Source: an uncultured Clostridia bacterium (GTDB lineage: Bacteria; Bacillota; Clostridia; UBA1381; UBA9506). From it: a stretch of 64,000 nucleotides of DNA. This document shows, piece by piece, positions 57,463-64,000 of this stretch. Each line of letters begins with the position of its first letter. Position 1 is the stretch's first letter. The position numbers and the translations under genes were made by a program. Location: assembly GCA_944393605.1 (NCBI GenBank), contig CALYAO010000057.1, positions 323-64,322 of the forward strand, given 5' to 3'. The notes beneath the pieces are model-generated. The model was not told where the DNA came from and did not search any database. It saw only the letters and a program-made list of their open reading frames with translations.

Positions 57463-58539
57463 ATGCTAGGCATCGAAGTGATGGCTTACAGGTTTCTGCT
57501 AAAAAATGCAGCCTATAAACTCCCTGTAACATTTCATCAAATCCAAGACACCATCGCACAGATGGAGTGTCAGCTGGCGACTTACGAGGAAGGGCATGCT
57601 CTGCTCGTCCGGTGGGATCTGCTGGACTACGCGGCATCCTGTCCTTCCTTTGTCTGCCGGCTGCCCGACACCGAACAAACCATCCTGTTTTATTCGGATG
57701 GCTTGTCCCTTTCGGCCCGTACCTTTTGCGTCCTGCATGAGATTGGTCACCTCGTGCTGGAGCACACCGTCCATCAACACATCGTTGGTAACGACCCTGA
57801 CGATATGAAACGGGATGCGCAGGAAGCGGAAGCCGATTCGTTTGCTCGGTATGTGCTGGCGCCCCCTTGTGTTCTGAGCGCATGTGGAATTGTGGACGCA
57901 GACGAAATTATGCGCGTATCACAGCTTTCCTCCAAAGAAGCGGAAGTGTTAGAACAGGAACTGCGCTGTCACCAAGGGCAACGTTCCAAATCGGGCTTAC
58001 TCGAGGAAGAAGACCGCCTGCTCGCCCGGTTTTCTGCGTTCATCCGCAAATACCAGGAAACAAAACAGCGGAAGAATCTGCCCGAATCCCACGATCCCCA
58101 ACCATTCCAGTCCAATCCTGCAGCGGCCAATATGCCAGCCGCGTCCGAACCAAAACCGGCTGCCGCGGCAGAAAAAACGGCAGAACGGTGGAGCATGGGC
58201 CGCATGCGCATCCTGTTGGCATTGTTGGCCGGCCTTCTTGCCTGCTTGATTCTGGTTGTTGTATTCCAAATGCTGCATGCACAAAACGACATTGATATTG
58301 TCGTAACGGGCACCAATGCCGCAACATCCATCACGCAAACGACCCCGCCTTCGTCTGCTCCAACCAACACGCCGGTCGCATCCACTGGTTCAGCTGACAC
58401 GCTGGTCTATGTCATGCCTTCGGGCTCGGTATACCACACTGACCCCCACTGCCAATACGTGAACGAGCGGGCCGTCACCATCCCGCTCAGCCAAGCGCAG
58501 GAAGAAGACTTAACGCTATGCAAACGCTGTGCGGACTGA
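57463..58539 (+). CDS. ImmA/IrrE-like metalloprotease fused to a TM helix and an extracytoplasmic Cys/His module
   Basis: HEXXH motif LHEIGHLVLEH. TM helix ILLALLAGLLACLILVVVFQML. T/P/S-rich linker. C-terminus VYHTDPHCQYV...LCKRCAD. GGAGG RBS before ATG 57463. Confidence 0.7.
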   Translation: MLGIEVMAYRFLLKNAAYKLPVTFHQIQDTIAQMECQLATYEEGHALLVRWDLLDYAASCPSFVCRLPDTEQTILFYSDGLSLSARTFCVLHEIGHLVLEHTVHQHIVGNDPDDMKRDAQEAEADSFARYVLAPPCVLSACGIVDADEIMRVSQLSSKEAEVLEQELRCHQGQRSKSGLLEEEDRLLARFSAFIRKYQETKQRKNLPESHDPQPFQSNPAAANMPAASEPKPAAAAEKTAERWSMGRMRILLALLAGLLACLILVVVFQMLHAQNDIDIVVTGTNAATSITQTTPPSSAPTNTPVASTGSADTLVYVMPSGSVYHTDPHCQYVNERAVTIPLSQAQEEDLTLCKRCAD

Positions 58540-58747
58540 CCCCATATCATTCAGGCCATTGGGCATCGCTTTATGATTCGCCCACACATCTGATGGACAC
58601 AATGCGAAATAAACAGTATGGCACGTATGGCGCTGTGCTGTTTGTTTTTTTTGCGTAAAAAATTTCCCATTTTTGCCCAATATGCTGATTTTTTACAAAA
58701 AAACAGATATGCTTTCTAATTTTTTTACCAAAAATCCCATAAATCAC

Positions 58748-58776
58748 TTGCAACTCCCGTAAGAAATTGTTACAAT
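58748..58776 (+). promoter_or_regulatory. Sigma-A type promoter
   Basis: TTGCAA (58748-58753), 17-nt spacer, TACAAT (58771-58776). Confidence 0.45.
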
Positions 58777-58867
58777 AAGGGGTGCTAGTACAAGTATGGC
58801 CTTACGCAAAGCGCCACGCTGCGGCGCTGTGCCTTTGAGCCAACCCCAGTCAGAGAGGGAGTACGCC

Positions 58868-59428
58868 ATGGACCAGCAAACACGCTTTGAGAAGTATCTC
58901 ATGCCGGATGAAACCGTCCAAAACAGCATGACACCTATATCCGTCCCGCTTTTTGACCGATACGACTTTGTTCTCATCCCGCTTACGGTGATCGCCAGCG
59001 GGTTTTGTATTGTCACAGCAGCCGCCCCATTTGCCGCGGATGCCGCAAAAGGGATCGGATCTTTTAGCCTGTTTGGTTTTCTGTTGCTTTTGGTTGCATT
59101 CTACCTGCTGATTGGGCGCGTTTGGTACCGCTACCGACGCCAAAAACGGGATGTCTATGTCATCACCGACCGCCGCGTCCTGCTCATCAACACGCTGCGG
59201 GAGGAATCCATGACCGCGCTGCCGCGGAATGCCGTGAAGCCTTGTGTTTGCGGTCGGCATACGCTGCTGCTTGACAGCCGCAACATCCCAGGCGACCTCT
59301 ACTATGCTTTAGGGCTGGACCTGTTCTTCCGGTTTTCCATTCCAAAGACGCCCATGCTGATCGGGCTTGCTGACCCAAATGCGGTAAGCCGGATGCTGGC
59401 CGCCACTTCAGAAGGAACCACAAAATAA
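58868..59428 (+). CDS. Membrane protein, bacterial PH (YdbS/DUF304)-like
   Basis: Two TM helices followed by RDVYVITDRRVLLIN, typical of bPH_2 proteins. Start set at MDQQTRF. Confidence 0.45.
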   Translation: MDQQTRFEKYLMPDETVQNSMTPISVPLFDRYDFVLIPLTVIASGFCIVTAAAPFAADAAKGIGSFSLFGFLLLLVAFYLLIGRVWYRYRRQKRDVYVITDRRVLLINTLREESMTALPRNAVKPCVCGRHTLLLDSRNIPGDLYYALGLDLFFRFSIPKTPMLIGLADPNAVSRMLAATSEGTTK

Positions 59429-59471
59429 AAATCCATCAGGCGGCATGCCGCACCAAAATGGGGGTACGCAA

Positions 59472-60704
59472 ATGAATACCATGCGATTGCCAGATGCCAA
59501 AAAAATGATACTTTCTGCCGCGGACAGTTATGCAAAGCACTTTGCCGATCTATCGGGAATCGAGGCATTTGTCATTCCCTATTACGATGGACCCGATATG
59601 GAAGAATGCACCAAAGGCTGTGCATTTTGTCGTTGGGCCGAAGAGATGGCGCATCCAGGGATTGATTGCCGGCTTGTGGTGACCGAAGCGGGCAAGCATG
59701 CCATCGAAACGGGTAATCAATATGCGTTTTTCTGCCGCAGCGGTTTTATCCACCTTGCCGCCCCCATCCGGCTCAAAAATCAACATATCGCAACCATGGT
59801 GGCCGGACCAATGCAGCTCTGTGTCTCGGGCGAGCAGGCGCTGGACGCCGTGATGCGGCAGATGCATATTCCGCCCCAACACAGTGCGGAGGCGATGAAA
59901 CGCATTGTGGATGTCCCAAACCTGACGCCTGCCCGTGCCGGCAAGGCGCTCGCACTGCTGTCGTCCCTGGCCTGTCACGTGACCAACCTGGGGGAACAAC
60001 TGATTGGAAGCCCCAATCTATTGGAAAAACATCATTTACAATCTCTGGAGCACGAAACCTATCTTGTGGAAATCATCCGCAAAGAAAAAAAGGCAGAAAC
60101 CGCCAATGAGCTTAACCTGCTGCTCCGGCTTTTGGAGCCTTATTTACAGGGAGAGGACAAGGCGCATGGTAAAAACCTGGCCCTTATGTACCTCTTGTTT
60201 CTTGCACGCATCTATGCAGACTTGCATCCAAGCAGTTTCACCGAGATTCAGCACGATTTTGGCCTGCAGTATCTGCCTTCCATTCAAAATGCGCAAAATG
60301 AGCAGCAAATACGGGACTGCTTGATGGTGTATAATGCCGATTTTATGGAAAAGATATTTGCAGGGGGTCATATGGTCCATGACGGCATCATTGCCAAGGT
60401 GCTAGACATCATCAGCCACAACTATATGAACAAGATTACGCTGGAAAGCACCGCGGAACAGACCTTCCTCAGTTCCTCCTATCTCAGCAAGATCTTCAAA
60501 GAGGAAGTGGGATATAACTTCAATACATATCTCAACAAATTTCGGATCGAAAAGGCCAAAAAGCTGCTGGTGAACGATAACATCAATATCGTGCAGGTTT
60601 CCAACCTGGTCGGCTATGAAGACCAAAGCTATTTTTCCAAGGTGTTTCGGCGCATGACCGGGACAACTCCAAAAAAATTCAAAGATTCCAAGGCAGCTCA
60701 CTAA
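59472..60704 (+). CDS. AraC-family transcriptional regulator with an N-terminal PocR-like sensor domain
   Basis: C-terminal AraC HTH (YLSKIFKEEVGYNFNTYLNKFRIEKAKKLL...VSNLVGYEDQSYFSKVFRRMTG). The N-terminal Cys-containing region is PocR-like. Confidence 0.75.
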   Translation: MNTMRLPDAKKMILSAADSYAKHFADLSGIEAFVIPYYDGPDMEECTKGCAFCRWAEEMAHPGIDCRLVVTEAGKHAIETGNQYAFFCRSGFIHLAAPIRLKNQHIATMVAGPMQLCVSGEQALDAVMRQMHIPPQHSAEAMKRIVDVPNLTPARAGKALALLSSLACHVTNLGEQLIGSPNLLEKHHLQSLEHETYLVEIIRKEKKAETANELNLLLRLLEPYLQGEDKAHGKNLALMYLLFLARIYADLHPSSFTEIQHDFGLQYLPSIQNAQNEQQIRDCLMVYNADFMEKIFAGGHMVHDGIIAKVLDIISHNYMNKITLESTAEQTFLSSSYLSKIFKEEVGYNFNTYLNKFRIEKAKKLLVNDNINIVQVSNLVGYEDQSYFSKVFRRMTGTTPKKFKDSKAAH

Positions 60705-60724
60705 CAACGATAGGATGCGAAACA

Positions 60725-61291
60725 ATGACATTGTTCACACAAATTGTACAGTTATTTTTCTCCTTTTTTAAAATTGGATTGTTCAGCTACGGCGGCGGAC
60801 TTGCCATGGTGCCTATCATTCGGGACGAGATGGTCGCGAAATTTGGCATCGCCATCCAGGAGTTTGCGGATATCACGACCGTATCCCAGATGACGCCAGG
60901 CCCGCTTGCAGTCAACATGGCCACCTATGTGGGCTATAAGGTCGCGGGCATTGTGGGCAGCGTGGCTGCCACAATCGGTGTCGCGCTGCCCTCTTTTCTG
61001 CTTATCTTGCTGGTTGTATTCCTGCTGCGCAAAGTGGGCGACCTGCCCCAGATGAATTGGATTATGAAGGGCATCCGGCCCGTGACGGTTGGTGTTTTAT
61101 GCAGTGCCGGCATCTTCTTCATTGAACAGTCGGTATTCCGCAGCGGCGCCTTGTCTTTTGATCTCTCAGACATCCGCTATATGTCCTTTGTGATCATCGG
61201 GTTGGTGTTGTTTTTATCCATCCGCTTCAAAAAGGTCAATCAGATCTGGTGGCTGCTGCTGGCAGGCGGACTGGGTCTTGTGCTCTTCTAG
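60725..61291 (+). CDS. Chromate transporter (ChrA) half-size family protein
   Basis: FFKIGLFSYGGGLAMVPIIRDEMV is the CHR family signature. Only one half-size gene is present. Confidence 0.75.
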   Translation: MTLFTQIVQLFFSFFKIGLFSYGGGLAMVPIIRDEMVAKFGIAIQEFADITTVSQMTPGPLAVNMATYVGYKVAGIVGSVAATIGVALPSFLLILLVVFLLRKVGDLPQMNWIMKGIRPVTVGVLCSAGIFFIEQSVFRSGALSFDLSDIRYMSFVIIGLVLFLSIRFKKVNQIWWLLLAGGLGLVLF

Positions 61292-61465
61292 GGCTGTCTG
61301 TGTATTTTTGTCATAATACCATTGTAAATTGCATAAATAAGTGGTATACTATACTTAAAATTTCATGAGGAAGCTCTGCGGAAATGAAACGGATGGCAAT
61401 CACCGAAACCTATATGATTTGCCAAATAGCGTTTTCTGCAGCAAAATGGCAAGGAGGGCACCAAA

Positions 61466-61918
61466 ATGGAAGAAGAACTCTTAAAAAATGAACAGACAGA
61501 AGAGCCGATCATGCAGGTAGAAGGCGTGGAAGATAGCGTCGAAGCAAGCGACGACACTGCGCAAATTGGAGAAATTAAGATCTCTGAGGATGTCGTGCTC
61601 ACCGTAGCAGGCATCGCAGTCAGCGAGGTCAAGGGTGTATCCGTTGCCAATTCCCTGACGGATGGTTTAGTGGAAAAATTTGTAAAAAAGAACTATGGCC
61701 GCGGCCTCCGCATTGTCATGGAAGACAATCACGTCAGTGTGGATATCCATGTCATCGTGGAGTATGGCCTCAAGATTCCTGACATCGCATGGGAACTCCA
61801 AGAAACGGTCAAAAAGAATATCGAGACCATGACAAATCTGATCTGTGATAAGATCAACATCTTTGTGGAAGGCATTCACATTGAAAAGGAAGCCAAGCCC
61901 GAAAGCGGGGAAGAATAA
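61466..61918 (+). CDS. Asp23/Gls24 family envelope stress protein
   Basis: IKISEDVVLTVAGIAVSEVKGVSV...VDIHVIVEYGLKIPDIAWELQETVKKNIETMT. Confidence 0.85.
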   Translation: MEEELLKNEQTEEPIMQVEGVEDSVEASDDTAQIGEIKISEDVVLTVAGIAVSEVKGVSVANSLTDGLVEKFVKKNYGRGLRIVMEDNHVSVDIHVIVEYGLKIPDIAWELQETVKKNIETMTNLICDKINIFVEGIHIEKEAKPESGEE

Positions 61919-61997
61919 TTTTTTTCCTATAAAATTGTATTATTTTTATGCTCTTTCGGGTTGTGTCGAAATTGTTAAAATTTTTTTAAAAAAAGTA

Positions 61998-62026
61998 TTT
62001 ACAAATGCGGCATTGTGTGCTATGAT
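61998..62026 (+). promoter_or_regulatory. Sigma-A type promoter for rpsO
   Basis: TTTACA (61998-62003), 17-nt spacer, TATGAT (62021-62026). A ~100-nt leader precedes rpsO. Confidence 0.5.
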
Positions 62027-62125
62027 ACCTTTTGTACCTGATACTAGGTTTTTGGCGACGCCTCGCAAAGTGACCATTAACGTGGTATTATGGTGTATTT
62101 TTATTTTAAGAGGAGGATGGTAATC

Positions 62126-62392
62126 ATGATTACCAAAGAACAGAAAACAGCCATTATCGAAAAGTACAAACTGCACGAGGGAGACACTGGGTCTCCTGAG
62201 GTTCAGATTGCGATTCTAACGGAGCGCATCAACCAACTCAACGAGCATTTGAAGGTCAACAAAAAAGACCACCATTCCCGTCGGGGTCTTCTTAAGATGG
62301 TCGGTCAGCGGCGTGGTCTTCTCAACTATCTGACCAAGGTCGACATTGAGCGGTATCGTGCGATCATCGAGAAGTTGGGCCTGCGGAAATAA
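62126..62392 (+). CDS. rpsO: 30S ribosomal protein S15
   Basis: [51 protein letters not shown] is the S15 signature. GAGGAGG RBS before ATG 62126. Confidence 0.95.
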   Translation: MITKEQKTAIIEKYKLHEGDTGSPEVQIAILTERINQLNEHLKVNKKDHHSRRGLLKMVGQRRGLLNYLTKVDIERYRAIIEKLGLRK

Positions 62393-62422
62393 ACAAGCGA
62401 TTCATTCATTTTCATAGGAAGG

Positions 62423-62462
62423 TGCTGCGTTACTGCCATAGTCGCTGACGCAGCATTTTTTC
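62423..62462 (+). terminator. Rho-independent terminator of rpsO
   Basis: TGCTGCGT / ACGCAGCA stem followed by TTTTTT. Confidence 0.7.
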
Positions 62463-62499
62463 ATGATAACCCAAACTGCAAAAGGAGTGTTAGAGTCCA

Positions 62500-63354
62500 A
62501 TGGGCAACCTACTGACTATTGTGATCGGGATCATTCTGGTCTATTTCGCTTCCCAGTATAGTTTCTGGCTGGGCCTTGTGGTATTTCTGCTGTTCTGTGC
62601 CTTTATTATCTATCGGAGCTATACCAACATCTGTATCGCTATTGCCATGCGAAACCAAGCCAAGGGCGAAATGGATAAATGTTTTGCCTGGTTTGAGCGC
62701 GCCAGAAAACATGGCATGAGTGTGACCCAGCGGGTCAACTATGCGTATTATCTGATGCGGGACGGAAGACTGGAGCAATCCCAGGAGATTTACAGCCGGC
62801 TGCTTAGCTACCGCCTCAAGCAGGAAGACAAGAACTACGCCAAGTCCAATTACGCCATCCTAAAGTGGAAGCAAGGAGACATTGACGGCGCCATCGAGGA
62901 GCTGGAGGAAATCTTCCCCTACTACCGCACGACCAATGTGTACGGCACGTTGGGGTATATGTATATCCTCAAAGGGGATCTGGAGAAAGCCAAGGCATTC
63001 AATGACGAGGCCTATGAATACAACAACGAGAATACCATTATTTTGGACAATATGGTGCAATTGTACCACAAGCTCGGCCAGGAAGAAGAAGCGGAACGGT
63101 ATGCCGATGAGCTAAAGGCACAGAATCCCACCTTTGCAGAAGGCTTTTATGACATTGCTTTGGTCAAATTCGCACAAAAGAAATATGAAGAGGCCGCAGA
63201 AGCGCTGTGGGCTGCCCAGGATATCAAACCTACCTTTATGACAACGGTATCACAGGAGCAGATTCAAACGCTGTTGGATCAGGTATATGCCGCGGCGCCC
63301 GAGCTGGCACAGAAGGCCGAGGGAGACAGCTCAACCGAAGCAGATGAGGCATAA
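62500..63354 (+). CDS. Membrane-anchored tetratricopeptide-repeat protein
   Basis: Two N-terminal hydrophobic segments, then TPR-like repeats (AKSNYAILKWKQGDIDGAIEELEE; LGYMYILKGDLEKAKAFNDEAYE; ...). Confidence 0.65.
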   Translation: MGNLLTIVIGIILVYFASQYSFWLGLVVFLLFCAFIIYRSYTNICIAIAMRNQAKGEMDKCFAWFERARKHGMSVTQRVNYAYYLMRDGRLEQSQEIYSRLLSYRLKQEDKNYAKSNYAILKWKQGDIDGAIEELEEIFPYYRTTNVYGTLGYMYILKGDLEKAKAFNDEAYEYNNENTIILDNMVQLYHKLGQEEEAERYADELKAQNPTFAEGFYDIALVKFAQKKYEEAAEALWAAQDIKPTFMTTVSQEQIQTLLDQVYAAAPELAQKAEGDSSTEADEA

Positions 63355-63370
63355 AGATTGCATACACAGC

Positions 63371-63404
63371 AAAAAAAGCTGACCCTACCAGGTCAGCTTT
63401 TTTG
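63371..63404. terminator. Bidirectional rho-independent terminator
   Basis: AGCTGACC / GGTCAGCT stem flanked by an A-run and a T-run, between convergent genes. Confidence 0.75.
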
Positions 63405-63428
63405 ATGCGCACTGCCTTTGTTATTCAA

Positions 63429-63983
63429 TCACTGCAAATAGATCCGCCGCCCAACCACCATGGACTCAGGCATCCGAAGCAGGCCTTCGAAATACCGATA
63501 GCATGCGCCTGGGGTAATGATGCTGCCAGGCGGGGTGATACAGTCCTCCCCAAGCACCCCCATAATCTCATCCACCAACATGGCACAGTTGGTATTGAGC
63601 ACAAAATAGGTCTTAAACTTGCTCCCTCGCCGGAATTTGAAAAACCGGACATCCACCTGTTCCTGCAGCAAACTGGCAGGGTCATTGAATTTTTTCCGCC
63701 GGGTCTTGAGCTTGCCCCGCCGCCACAGCAGCGCATCTGAATCCCATGGGATAAGCGCACTTTGAAATTCTGCCAGCCGATCCCGCACTGCTGTCTCCTG
63801 CTCCGGCGTGAGCAGCAGCTGATATCCAATCAGCACCTTTTTTTCTTGTTGAATACAGTAATTCAGATATGGCTTACGGTCCGAAACCGCAAGCACGCCA
63901 TCCGATATACAGCCAAAGAGGCGGTTTGCGCTGGAATCATAACACCCATAGGAGATCACGCGGTCGTCAAATGCAAAATCCAT
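63429..63983 (-). CDS. Hypothetical protein
   Basis: 184-aa ORF with GC content typical of the core region. No motif recognised. Confidence 0.45.
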   Translation of the reverse strand: MDFAFDDRVISYGCYDSSANRLFGCISDGVLAVSDRKPYLNYCIQQEKKVLIGYQLLLTPEQETAVRDRLAEFQSALIPWDSDALLWRRGKLKTRRKKFNDPASLLQEQVDVRFFKFRRGSKFKTYFVLNTNCAMLVDEIMGVLGEDCITPPGSIITPGACYRYFEGLLRMPESMVVGRRIYLQ

Positions 63984-64000
63984 ATGCCCAAACGCAGTGA

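Noticed and set aside
62027-62125. S15 autoregulatory leader RNA upstream of rpsO.
   Set aside because: This is plausible on general knowledge, because S15 represses its own mRNA in many bacteria. I could not identify a specific conserved structure by eye, so it is not reported as a feature. An Rfam scan would settle it.

Overview
The window crosses a junction between an AT-rich integrated mobile element (about 1-25950) and the GC-rich core chromosome of a spore-forming Firmicute (about 26030-64000). Composition was judged by eye, not computed. A minus-strand tRNA-Ala(CGC) at 25951-26026 sits at the junction, with its 3' end facing the element.

The element has two parts:
- 1-14103 is a temperate-phage early, replication and immunity module. 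It carries a Phd/Doc toxin-antitoxin moron, two HNH endonucleases, a Zn-ribbon/DUF559 nuclease, a DUF1492 sigma-like regulator, an SNF2 helicase, VRR-NUC, a VirE-type primase-helicase, a DUF4406-like protein, a family A DNA polymerase, DUF2815, DUF2800, and an XRE/ImmA switch with operator-like repeats.
- 14104-25950 is cargo: two SLH-anchored surface proteins (one of 2523 aa), an XRE regulator, a DHFR-fold-like protein, and a lipoprotein EndA-type nuclease.
- No integrase, terminase or virion genes lie in the window, so the element continues off the left edge.

The core side encodes ordinary housekeeping and sporulation genes: cysK, sigH, guaB, a 5-formyl-THF cyclo-ligase, an M24 aminopeptidase, a ComM/YifB ATPase, a cyclophilin, an EF-G paralog, a SWIM-SNF2 helicase, a type A chloramphenicol acetyltransferase, ilvBN, a gerA-type operon with a sigma-G-like promoter, a VanY-type peptidase, a polysaccharide deacetylase, Asp23 and rpsO.

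The core also holds a small, lower-GC cassette at 54667-58539. It combines an XRE regulator, a membrane-anchored ImmA-like protease, a MuF-motif protein and a polytopic membrane protein. I consider this the best candidate for an undescribed system.

Three genes are interrupted by single in-frame stop codons: TAA at 12240, TGA at 16763 and TGA at 56287.

All family names come from motif recognition by eye. No database search was possible.
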